A program made the translations under genes and the position numbers. Positions 40,045-49,649 of a DNA stretch of 64,000 nucleotides are shown here, piece by piece (the first letter of the stretch is position 1; each line of letters opens with the position of its first letter). Source of the stretch: Ilumatobacteraceae bacterium (lineage in GTDB: Bacteria; Actinomycetota; Acidimicrobiia; Acidimicrobiales; Ilumatobacteraceae); assembly GCA_963829675.1 (NCBI GenBank), contig CAWHJP010000020.1, positions 2,820 to 66,819 of the forward strand, written 5' to 3'. The notes below the pieces were generated by a model that worked only from the letters and a program-made list of their open reading frames with translations, was not told where the DNA came from and did no database searches.

Positions 40045-41149
40045 ATGCTCCGGACCCTGCCGCACCCCTCGACCCATCCGCATCGCCCGATTCGCCGGGT
40101 CGCCGTCGGGACGCTGACCGTCGGTCTGTTGCTCGCCGCTTGCGGCAGCGACGACGACACCGCTGGCACGGCCGCCGACACCGCCACCGCGGTGACCGAG
40201 GCGACGGGTACGGAGCCGGCCGGCACGGACGTTGTGGCCACCGAACCCGCTGCGACCGACGCGCCGACCACGGTCGCGACGACGATCGCCGAGACGACCA
40301 CCACGGAGCCGCAGGCCCACGTGGTCGCCCATGCGATGGGCGAGACCGAGGTTCCGGGTGCACCGGCACGGGTCGTGGTGCTCGACTCCTCGTTCCTCGA
40401 TGCCGCGATCGCCCTCGGTCTGCCGCCGATCGCGGCGACGGAAGGAGTCGCCGGTTCGGGACTACCTGCCTACCTCGGCGACGCCGCCGCCGACATCGAG
40501 CTCGTCGGGTTGACCACCGAGCCCAATCTCGAACAGGTCGCGGCGCTCCAGCCCGATCTGATCCTCGGCGCCAAGGTTCGCCACGAGGCGCTCTACGACC
40601 AGCTCAGCCAGATCGCGCCGACGGTGTTCAGCGAGTCGTCGGGCAGCGACTGGAAGAGCCAGGTGACACTGACCGGCGACGCGCTCAACCGTTCGGCCGA
40701 GGCTGACGCGCTGCTCGCCGAGTTCGACGCAGCGGGCCGCGACCGTCGGCGAGGAGATCGGGGCTGCCGGTCAGACGGCGGTGATCGTCCGATTCATCCC
40801 CGGACAGAACCGGCTGTACGGCCCGACCACCTTCTCCGGCTCGGTGCTCAGCGAGGTCGGCTTCGACCTCGGCGACAAGGGCTACGACCCGAGCGTCGGC
40901 ATGGCCCTGATCAGCGCGGAACAGATCGAGATGCTCGACTCCGATCTCATCTTCGCCACCAATCCGGATGGCGAGAGCGGCGGTGCGGTCGTGACCGATC
41001 GGGGGACCGTCGAGTCGCTGTGGTCGACGCTGCCCGCCGTGCAGGCGGGGAACCAGTTCGACATCCTCGACAGCACGTGGATGACCGGCATCGGCGTGCT
41101 CGGAGCGAACAAGATTCTCGACGACCTCGAGACGTTCGCCGCCTCCTGA
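40045..41149 (+). pseudogene. iron-siderophore ABC transporter substrate-binding lipoprotein, one frame break near 40735
   Basis: Lipobox LLLAACGS and a Thr/Ala-rich linker, then HAMGETEVPGAPARVVVLD…LQPDLILGAK. Continues in ORF 40781..41149 (IVRFIPGQNRLYGP…LIFATNPDGE…W…IGVLGANKILDDL). Confidence 0.8.
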
Positions 41150-41224
41150 CCAGCGGGGTGACCGTCGGCCGATGTGCAGACAATCGCACTTCGCCCATCG
41201 GGTGGCCGCCCGTAAGCTGACCCC

Positions 41225-41578
41225 ATGCCCGAAGGGACCATGATCGCCGTCACGCCCGAGCAGCTCGATGCAGTGACGTTCAACCACGACGGTCTGGTGC
41301 CGGCGATCGCCCAGGACATCGACAACGGCGAGGTGCTGATGATGGCGTGGATGAGCCGCGAGTCGCTGGCGATCACGCTGAGCGAGGGACGCATGGTGTA
41401 CTGGTCGCGCAGTCGCCAGGAGTTGTGGCGCAAGGGTGACACGAGCGGTGATCGTCAGTTCGTCCGCGAGGCGTACTACGACTGCGACGGCGACACGTTG
41501 CTGTTCAAGGTCGAACAGGTTGGTGCCGGCGCCTGCCACACGGGCGCGCGGACCTGCTTCTTCCGGGCCTTCGGCTGA
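41225..41578 (+). CDS. hisI: phosphoribosyl-AMP cyclohydrolase
   Basis: GLVPAIAQD…[14 protein letters not shown]…[25 protein letters not shown]…DCDGDTLL…CHTG…SCF. Confidence 0.92.
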   Translation: MPEGTMIAVTPEQLDAVTFNHDGLVPAIAQDIDNGEVLMMAWMSRESLAITLSEGRMVYWSRSRQELWRKGDTSGDRQFVREAYYDCDGDTLLFKVEQVGAGACHTGARTCFFRAFG

Positions 41579-41580
41579 CG

Positions 41581-43107
41581 ATGAAGATCCTTCCGACCCG
41601 CGACGACTTCCACGCGCACGCGGCCGAGCACACGATCGTGCCGGTGTGGACGTCGGTGCTCGCCGATCTCGAAACACCGGTCGCCGCCTACGTGAAACTG
41701 GTCGGCGACGGGCCGGGGTTCCTGCTCGAATCGGTGGAGGGCGCGGAGCGGTGGGCGCGGTTCTCCTTCGTCGGCCGCAATCCGACCGCAACGATCGTGT
41801 CGCGCAACGGCGTGGTCGAACTCGATGGCACGCTGCCGGCCGGGATCCCGACGGGGGAGGGCATCCTCGCCGCGCTCGAGGCGCTGCTCGCCATCCACTC
41901 GAGTCCGACGTTCGACGATCTGCCGCCGCTGCACGGCGGGGTGATGGGGTTCCTCGGCTACGACGTGATCCGCGAGGTCGAACACCTGCCCGACGTTCCT
42001 GCCGACGATCGGAACTATCCGGACGCCGTGATGTCGGTGATCGGGTCGCTCGCTGCGTTCGACCACTGGCGCCAGCGGGTGTACCTGATCGAAAGCGTGC
42101 CGACGCTCGGGCTGTCGGCCGACGAGCTCGACGCGGCCTACGACGCGGCGATCGAGCGCGTCGAGCAGGCGGTCGCCGATCTGGCCCGCCCGCTGGCCTA
42201 CACGCCGGTCGAGCCACCGTCGCCCGACGATGAGCTCCCGCACCTCGTGTCGTCGATGCCCGGTGGGCTGTACCAGAAGGCGGTCGAGGTGGCCAAGGAG
42301 TACGTCGTCGCCGGCGACATCTTCCAGGTGGTGCTGGCCCAGCGCTACGACCTCGAACTCGATGCCGACCCGTTCGACGTGTACCGCGTGCTCCGCCAGG
42401 TGAACCCGTCGCCGTACATGTACTTCGTGCGCCATCCCGAGTTGACGATCGTCGGGTCGTCACCCGAGCCGATGGTGCAGTTGCTCGACCGCCGGGTGAT
42501 CTCCCGCCCGATCGCCGGCACCCGGCGCCGCGGGTCGACCGAGGAGCACGACCGGCGAATGGCCGCCGAGTTGAGCGAGCATCCGAAGGAACGCGCCGAG
42601 CACGTGATGCTGGTCGACCTCGCCCGCAACGACGTCGGCCGGGTCGCCCAGTTCGGCACCGTCCACGTCGACGAGTTGATGACGCTCGAGCGGTACAGCC
42701 ATGTGATGCACCTGACGTCGCAGGTGTCGGGTTCGCTGCGTGATGGCCTGGGGCCGATCGACGTGCTGCGGGCGACGCTTCCGGCGGGCACGGTCAGCGG
42801 TGCGCCGAAGGTGCGGGCGATGGAGATCATCGACGAGCTCGAACCCGTGAAGCGCGGGCCGTACGCCGGTGTCGTCGGCTACGTCGACTGGTCGGGCAAC
42901 CTCGATACCGCGATCGCGATCCGCACGATGTTCGTCACCGGCGACGGCAGACGGGCGAGCCTCCAGGCCGGTGCCGGCATCGTGGCCGATTCGGTTCCCG
43001 ACGACGAAGACCTCGAGTGCCGCAACAAGGCGGCCGCCCTGCTCGCCGCGATCCCGGCCGCCCGTCGCATGACCACCGCCCGCCGCCAGTCCGGCACCCC
43101 CGCGTAA
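41581..43107 (+). CDS. trpE: anthranilate synthase component I
   Basis: 508-aa ORF with FLLESVEGAERWARFSFVG…, GDIFQVVLAQR…NPSPYMYF…AGTRRRG…HVMLVDLARNDVGRV…MHLTSQV…LPAGTVSGAPKVRAMEII…RGPYAG. Confidence 0.93.
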   Translation: MKILPTRDDFHAHAAEHTIVPVWTSVLADLETPVAAYVKLVGDGPGFLLESVEGAERWARFSFVGRNPTATIVSRNGVVELDGTLPAGIPTGEGILAALEALLAIHSSPTFDDLPPLHGGVMGFLGYDVIREVEHLPDVPADDRNYPDAVMSVIGSLAAFDHWRQRVYLIESVPTLGLSADELDAAYDAAIERVEQAVADLARPLAYTPVEPPSPDDELPHLVSSMPGGLYQKAVEVAKEYVVAGDIFQVVLAQRYDLELDADPFDVYRVLRQVNPSPYMYFVRHPELTIVGSSPEPMVQLLDRRVISRPIAGTRRRGSTEEHDRRMAAELSEHPKERAEHVMLVDLARNDVGRVAQFGTVHVDELMTLERYSHVMHLTSQVSGSLRDGLGPIDVLRATLPAGTVSGAPKVRAMEIIDELEPVKRGPYAGVVGYVDWSGNLDTAIAIRTMFVTGDGRRASLQAGAGIVADSVPDDEDLECRNKAAALLAAIPAARRMTTARRQSGTPA

Positions 43108-43208
43108 CCTGTCGCGCGGGGTCAGGCACAACGCAACAGGTCGCGGGCCACGTAACAGGTTCGATCGGTCCAACCTGTTGCGTTGTGCCTGACCCCACGC
43201 GACAGGTT
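43106..43208. repeat. long inverted repeat (about 35-bp arms, 1 mismatch, 31-nt spacer) between convergent genes
   Basis: Arm 1, 43106-43141: AACCTGTCGCGCGGGGTCAGGCACAACGCAACAGGT. Arm 2, 43173-43208: ACCTGTTGCGTTGTGCCTGACCCCACGCGACAGGTT. It starts inside the trpE stop codon and ends 5 bp before the stop of the minus-strand gene. Confidence 0.9.
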
Positions 43209-43212
43209 CGGG

Positions 43213-43787
43213 TCAGAAGATGAGGACGCCGGTGAAGATGACGGCGAGCGTGGCGAACACGACCGTGACCGTGGTCGCCACGAGCATGAGGAACGGGAAC
43301 GTCGTCATCGCCCGGAGTGCGTAGGCGAGGGCGATGAACTGCGCGCCCCGTCCGTCGATCGAGTCGCGCAGCGTGAAGAACTGTCGCGACATCACGACCG
43401 CGCTCTGGTCCTGCACCTTCTCGGACGCCTCGATCGTGTCGATGACGACGCGTTCGGTCTTGCGGTCGCCGACGAGGAGCTGTTGGACCTCGACGACGAG
43501 TTCGGTGGCGCTGCGCTTCACGAGCCACAACCGGAAGATCGCCAGGGCAACCGCGCCGACGCCGACCACGACGAAAGGCGCCGCCGATGAGGATCCAGCC
43601 GGTCCGGTTGCTCGGAGAGCGCGGCCAGGCCGAGCAGGAAGCTGCCGATGCAGATGAACGAGACCACCGCGAGCGTGCCGACGGCGAGAGCGGTGCCGCG
43701 ACGCACCAGCGTGAGGAACATGTCGACCGCGCGCTGGGCGAGGTTCTGCGGGGTCGCATCTCCGAAGTGCACGCTGCCGTCGGTCAT
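43213..43787 (-). pseudogene. hypothetical membrane protein (about 4 TM), two closely spaced frame breaks near 43575-43600
   Basis: MTDGSVHFGDATPQNLAQRAVDMFLTLVRRGTALAVGTLAVVSFICIGSFLLGLAALSE…(NRTGWILIGGAF)…VVGVGAVALAIFRLWLVKRS…TTFPFLMLVATTVTVVFATLAVIFTGVLIF. Family not recognised. Confidence 0.55.
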
Positions 43788-43837
43788 CGCAGGGTCAGTG
43801 TGCCACGAGACGCTGAGGTTCACGACAGACTGGCACC

Positions 43838-44533
43838 ATGGACATCGGCGCCTCGGTCTTGCATCCCTCGTTCATCGATCCGAGCGAGCGCGATCACGTC
43901 GTCGTGCGCGGCGCGGACGCCCTGTCGTATCTCCACTCCCAGATCGCCCAGGACGTGCGCGGGCTGGCGGTGGGCGAAGCATCGTGGACGCTGGTCCTCG
44001 AACCGACGGGCAAGGTCGTCGCGCTGGCACGGGTCACCCGGACGGATGACCAGGAGTTCACGTTCGACATCGACGCCGGCTTCGGCGCGATGCTCGCGGA
44101 TCGCCTCCGTCGGTTCAAGATCCGAGTCGACGCGGAGATCGACGTGTTCGACGCTGAAGTCGCCGAACCGGCACCGACCAACGAGGATGCGCGCATCGCG
44201 GCCGGTTGGCCGCGCATGGGTCACGAGATCGTGCCGGGCGTGACCATTCCGTCGGTGACCGGCGTGGTGGGCGTGGCGGTCAACTTCACGAAGGGTTGCT
44301 ATCCGGGCCAGGAGCTGGTCGAGCGCATGGACAGCCGCGGTGCCGAGGCTCCCTCGTCGTTGCGGATCCTGGCCATCGGGTCGGACGTGCCGCTCGGCAC
44401 CGACGTCGGTCACCCCGTGGTCGACACGTCGGGCGCGACCATCGGCACGATCACGAGTGTCGGCGCCACGCACGCCCTGGCGACGATCAAACGCGGTCAC
44501 GATCTCGGCACGATCCCCGCTCACCTCGGCTGA
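43838..44533 (+). CDS. ygfZ: folate-binding YgfZ/GcvT-like protein
   Basis: 231 aa with signature NFTKGCYPGQELVERM and N-terminal VVVRGADALSYLHSQIAQDV. Confidence 0.8.
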   Translation: MDIGASVLHPSFIDPSERDHVVVRGADALSYLHSQIAQDVRGLAVGEASWTLVLEPTGKVVALARVTRTDDQEFTFDIDAGFGAMLADRLRRFKIRVDAEIDVFDAEVAEPAPTNEDARIAAGWPRMGHEIVPGVTIPSVTGVVGVAVNFTKGCYPGQELVERMDSRGAEAPSSLRILAIGSDVPLGTDVGHPVVDTSGATIGTITSVGATHALATIKRGHDLGTIPAHLG

Positions 44534-44626
44534 CTCTGCACGGCCGCAACCCGAAATTCTGAGGGTTTCGAGCGCTCAGCGCACCGTGGCCGAAGAATTT
44601 CGGCCGGGATGACAGGGTCCGGGACG

Positions 44627-45765
44627 TCAGGGGGTGGGGAGGCCGGGGAGCATCAGGCTGTGGCGGATCGCCGTGACCTGAGGGTGGTGGCGCAGGCCGG
44701 CGAGCTCGGGAGCGTGGTCGATGATGTTCGCCACACCGCTCGGTGCCGTGCCGGTGTCGGCGGCCGCCCGGAGCCAGCCGATCGCGGTGGCCTGATCGCC
44801 GAGCGCACCGGCGGCGCGGGCGACGTTCGCCGCGGCGAGCGACTGGGGGTGGCGTTCGAAGCTGGCTGCGGCATAGTGCGCGGCGTCCTCGAACCGGCCG
44901 ATGCGGATCAACTCGTTCGAGAGCACGTATTCGTTCAGGGCGTCGCCGAACGGCAGGGGATCGGGGAGGAGATCGACGAGCGCGGTGGCGTCGGCGACGC
45001 GACATCGGTGCGGCGATGGGGCGGACATCGGGCCGAGGATTGCTCAGCGCGGTGACGAGGATGCGGCGGGCCTTGCCGGCCTTCCCGGCAGCGAGCGCGA
45101 CGCGGGCATCGTTCCACGGTGACGTCAGCGGCTTGGACGCCCCGAGCATCTGGAGCTGGGTGACGAGCAGGAATCCGACGAACACGAACAGGCCGCGGGC
45201 GCGCTCGGACGTGAAGCACAGGGCGGCGAACACACCGGTGACGGCGAGCGAGAAGTAGAGCATCCACTGGCGCGAGCGCTTGCCGACGAGTCGGTCGAGG
45301 CCGGTCATCACGATGTTGCCGCCGTCGAGCGGCAGGACCGGAATGAGGTTGAGGAGCCCGATCATCGGCCCTGCCCACCAGATCGCCCAACTCGCCGGAG
45401 AGTCGTTGATCGAGTTCCGATCCGTCGGGTTGACGCCCATCGCGAACAGGATGGCGACACTCGTGACGATCTGAACGGCCGGGCCGGCAAAGGAGATCCC
45501 GGCGCGCTCGAGCCGGGAAATCGGTCGGGTGGGCGTGTACGACGCGTACCCCGCGAGGAAGTTCGAGCGAGATCTCGGCCTCGGCGCCGGTGTGCCGCGC
45601 GGCGAGCGCATGACCGAGCTCGTGGATGAGCGTGAACACGAAGAGCGCTCCGGCGAGCCAGAGGCCGAACTCCCCTCCGTACAGCAGCACGATCAACACC
45701 ATGAACATGAGGAACCCGGCGCGAACGTGGACGGGGAACCCGAGCAGCCGGAACATCGAGGCCAT
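44627..45765 (-). pseudogene. M50 (site-2 protease family) metalloprotease with a C-terminal helical-repeat region, about 2 frame breaks
   Basis: ATG 45765. MASMFRLLGFPVHVRAGFLMF…FTLIHELGHALAARHTGAEAEISL | …GYASYTPTRPISRLERAGISFAGPAVQ…LLNLIPVLPLDGGNI… | C-terminal ORF 44627..45028. Breaks near 45585 and 45025. Confidence 0.8.
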
Positions 45766-45784
45766 TCTAGGGGCAGCGGGGCGA

Positions 45785-45858
45785 GCGCCAGATCGGGCGC
45801 CGGATCGGGTGCCAGATCTGATGCCAGATCGGGCCTGCCAGCTCGGGTGCCAGCTCGG
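45785..45858. repeat. six tandem ~12-bp units (GYGCCAGMTCGG-like) in the divergent M50/ppdK intergenic region
   Basis: GCGCCAGATCGG GCGCCGGATCGG GTGCCAGATCTG ATGCCAGATCGG GCCTGCCAGCTCGG GTGCCAGCTCGG. Confidence 0.85.
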
Positions 45859-45921
45859 GTGAGGGCCTGATCGTGGCTCGTTCGGTCTGCAGCGCGGAGG
45901 GCTCACCTAGACTCGGCGACC

Positions 45922-48571
45922 GTGACCTACGTCTATGCCTTCGATCACAAGCACCGCCGCCCCCCGATGGAGTACAAGGATCTCCTCGGCGGGAAGGGCG
46001 CCAACCTCGCCGAGATGACGAGCGTGTTGCGCCTGCCGGTGCCGCCGGGGTTCACGATTTCGACCGATGCGTGCCGCGCCTACATGGAGGGTGGTTGGCC
46101 GAAGGGGCTCGACGACGAGATCGCCAAGCAGGTGGCGAAGCTCGAGAAGCAGATGCAGCGCACGCTCGGCGACGCCGACGATCCGCTGCTCGTGTCGGTG
46201 CGCTCGGGCGCCAAGTTCTCCATGCCGGGCATGATGGACACCGTCCTCAACCTCGGTCTCAACGACAAGAGCGTGAAGGGGCTGGCCAAGGCGACCGCCG
46301 ACGAGCGCTTCGCCTACGACAGCTATCGCCGGTTCATCGCGATGTACGGGCGCATCGTGCTCGGCGTCGACGGTGAGAATTTCGACCATCCGCTCGAGGA
46401 GGCCCGCGAGGCCGCCGGCGTCAAGACCGACGCCGAGATCGGTTCCGCCGAATTGAAGCGGCTGTGCGAGCACTACAAGGCCGTCGTGAAGGAAGCGACC
46501 GGCAAGCCGTTCCCGCAGAACCCGACGGCACAGCTCCGCGGCGCGGTCGAGGCGGTGTTCCGGTCGTGGAACGGTCCGCGGGCCATCGCCTACCGGGTGC
46601 GCGAGCGCATCGAGCACACCCTCGGCACCGCGGTCAACGTGCAGGCGATGGTGTTCGGCAACCGCGACGACAACTCCGGTACGGGCGTGGGATTCACGCG
46701 TAACGCGGCGACCGGTGAGAACAAGCCGTACGGCGACTTCCTGGTCAACGCCCAAGGTGAGGACGTGGTGGCGGGCATCCGCAACACGCAGGACCTCGAC
46801 CACCTCGGCCAGGTGTTCCCGACGATCCACGACGAACTGCTGGCGATCTTCGATCGGCTCGAGGCGCACTACCGCGACATGTGCGACACCGAGTTCACCA
46901 TCGACCAGGGCAAGCTCTGGATGCTGCAGACCCGCGTCGGCAAGCGCACCGGAGCCGCGGCGCTGCGGATGGCCGTCGACATGACCAAGGGCACCGGCAA
47001 GGGGGACAAGCGCTGGAAGATTTCGCGCGAAGGAAGCGCTCACGCGTGTCACCGACGGGCACCTCGATGCCGTGCTGCACCCGCAGTTCGCCGAGAAGGG
47101 CAAGGTGCTCGCCACCGGCCTCGCCGCGTCGCCAGGCGCCGCGGTCGGCGCCGTGTACTTCACCGCCGATGAGGCCGCCACCGCCGCCGAAGCCGGCGAG
47201 AAGGTCATCCTCGTGCGCAACGAGACCAGCCCCGAGGACGTGCACGGGATGATGGTGGCCGAGGGCATCCTGACCGCTCGCGGTGGCCTCGTGTCGCACG
47301 CCGCCGTGGTCGCTCGTGGTTGGGGAACGCCGGCGATCGTCGGTGCCGAAGCGATCAAGATCAAGGGCGACCAGTTCACCGTCGGTGACGTGGTCGTGAA
47401 GAAGGGCGACGTCATCTCGCTCGACGGCACGACCGGCGAGATCGTGCTCGGGGCGATGGTCCTCGAGGACGCCAAGCCGCCGGCCGAATTCGACATCCTG
47501 CTCACGTGGGCCGACAAGGTACGCAAGGGCAAGCTGGCCGTCCGCGCCAACGCCGACACCGGTGAGGACGCCACCAACGCCCGCAATCTCGGCGCCGAGG
47601 GCATCGGGCTGTGCCGCACCGAGCACATGTTCCTGGCCCCCGACCGCCTGCCGGTCGTGCGCAAGATGATTCTCGCCCAGACCGAGGCCGAGGAAGAGGC
47701 GGCGCTCGCCGAACTCGGCCGGGTGCAGCAGATCGACTTCGAGGAGATCCTCGAGGCGATGGATGGACTGCCGGTCACGATCCGCCTGCTCGACCCGCCG
47801 CTCCACGAGTTCCTCCCGTCGGTGGAGGAGCTGCGCATCAAGGAGGCGAAGGAGCGGCCTCGACGAGCAGGAGCAGCTCGAGCTGAAGGCAGCCGAGAGT
47901 TGGGCCGAGCACAACCCGATGATCGGTACCCGTGGCGTGCGCTTGGGCGTGATCAAGCCGGGCCTGTATGCGATGCAGGTGCGGGCGCTGCTCGCCGCCG
48001 CCGCGTCGCTGCGCAAGCGCGGGCTCAACCCGATCGTCGAGATCATGATCCCGCTCACCGTCACCCGCGAGGAGTTGGCGCTCGCCCGGTCGTGGGTCCA
48101 AGACGAGATCGACATTGCCGTCAAGGGCCTGAAGAAGAAGCCGACGATCACGATCGGCACGATGATCGAGACGCCGCGGGCGGCGATCCGCGCCGATGAA
48201 CTGGCGGAGGAGTCGGACTTCTTCAGCTTCGGCACCAACGACCTGACGCAGTTGACGTTCGGGTTCTCGCGTGACGACGTCGAGAGCCGGATGATGCCCG
48301 CCTACCTCGAGCAGGGGCTGTTGAAGCGGAACCCGTTCGACACGATCGACCAATCCGGCGTCGGTGACCTCGTCCGAATGGGCGCCGAGCGCGGCCGGGC
48401 GACGAAGCCGAAGCTGAAGCTCGGCGTGTGCGGCGAGCACGGCGGCGACCCCGAATCGATCCAGCTGTTCTACGACGCCGGGCTCGACTACGTGTCGTGC
48501 TCACCGTTCCGAGTTCCGATCGCCCGCCTGGCCGCGGCGCAGTCGGTGATCGCGTCGGCGCCGAACGTTGA
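45922..48571 (+). pseudogene. ppdK: pyruvate, phosphate dikinase, at least 2 frame breaks (near 47035 and 47855); 3' end uncertain
   Basis: Three consecutive ORFs (45922..47172, 47072..48199, 47763..48683) carry the ATP-grasp N-terminus (LLGGKGANLAEM), the phospho-His domain (GGLVSHAAVVARGWG) and the PEP-utilising C-terminus (GLCRTEHMF…FFSFGTNDLTQ…CGEHGGDP). Confidence 0.9.
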
Positions 48572-49637
48572 CCCCGGCGTTCCTCGCATCGTCGCCCCGG
48601 CTGGTTTCAGCCGCCGAGGGCAGCGGAAACTTCGTCGACATCACGGTTCACGCCTGGCAATGGGATCGCGTTGCTGGCGCTGATTTTCGCGCTGCTGCTC
48701 GTCGACCTGCTGGTGGTGCACCGCGAGGCCCACGAGGTGCACACGAAGGAAGCGGCCATCGAATCGGCCGTCTGGATCAGCATCGGTGTCGCCTTCACCG
48801 GGGTGATCATCTGGTGGTTCGGCGCCGCCGCGGGCGGCGAGTACATCTCCGGCTACCTGATCGAGAAGTCGCTCAGCATCGACAACGTCTTCGTCTGGGC
48901 GTTGATCATGGGCCACTTCCTGGTGCCGCTGAAGTACCAGCACCGGGTGCTGTTCTGGGGCATCTTCGGGGCGTTGCTGCTGCGGGCGATCTTCATCTTC
49001 GCCGGCGTGGCGCTGATCGAGAAGTTCGACTGGATCCTCTACGTGTTCGGCGCGTTCCTGCTGTACACCGCGGCGAAGCTGGTGTTCGGCAACGACGAGC
49101 ACGCCGATCCGGCAGACTCGAAGTTCCTCAAGGCTGTGCAACAGGATCGTGCCGTCGACCGACGAGTACGACGGCCAGAAGCTGTTCACCAGGCGAGAAT
49201 GCGCAAGCGGGTGGCGACGCCCGCTGTTCGCCGTGTTGCTGTTGGTCGAGGCGACCGACGTGATCTTCGCCGTCGACTCGGTGCCGGCGGTGCTGGCGGT
49301 GAGCCACGAGCAGTTCATCGTGTTCGCATCGAATGCGTTCGCGATCCTCGGCTTGCGGGCCCTGTACTTCCTGCTCGCCGACATGCACACCCGGTTCGCG
49401 TACCTGCAGGAGGGTCTCGCCATCATCCTCGCCTTCGTCGGCGTCAAGATGCTGATCGCCGAGTGGTACCACATCCCCACCTGGCTCTCGCTGACGGTGA
49501 TCGCCCTCGTGCTGGCGGCGTCGATCGGGTTCTCGTTGAAGGCCACCAGGAACGAGGAGCAGAACGAGACTCGCCGGCAAGGCGTTCGCCGAGCGAGAGC
49601 CCGGCACCGGACGTCCCGTCCGACCCCTCGCCAATAG
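48568..49637 (+). pseudogene. TerC-family integral membrane protein, several frame breaks
   Basis: GIALLALIFALLLVDLLVVHREAHE…YLIEKSLSIDNVFVWALIM…WGIFGALLLRAIFI… continues in ORF 49149..49637 (…LFAVLLLVEATDVIFAVDSVPAVLAV…FASNAFAILGLRALYFLL…). Breaks near 48660 and 49140, plus a pair near 49190-49230. Start approximate. Confidence 0.8.
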
Positions 49638-49649
49638 TCTGACCCGACC

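Noticed and set aside
43213-43787. The conserved Trp-operon-associated membrane protein that follows trpE in many Actinobacteria
   Set aside because: The gene is on the opposite strand, convergent with trpE, and is separated from it by a long inverted repeat. The sequence gave me no specific match to that family, so it is left as hypothetical.
45907-47841. 644-aa minus-strand ORF, plus similar long antisense or out-of-frame ORFs at 40685..42463, 29933..31648, 101..1651, 46895..48238 and 55854..56993
   Set aside because: All overlap genes with strong motif-level support on the other strand or in another frame. Their translations are Arg/Pro/Ser/Ala-rich with no recognisable domains.
48540-48680. 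Mn-sensing yybP-ykoY-type riboswitch upstream of the TerC-family gene
   Set aside because: The ppdK coding region runs essentially up to the terC start. There is no intergenic space for a ~100-nt leader structure, and I saw no conserved helices.
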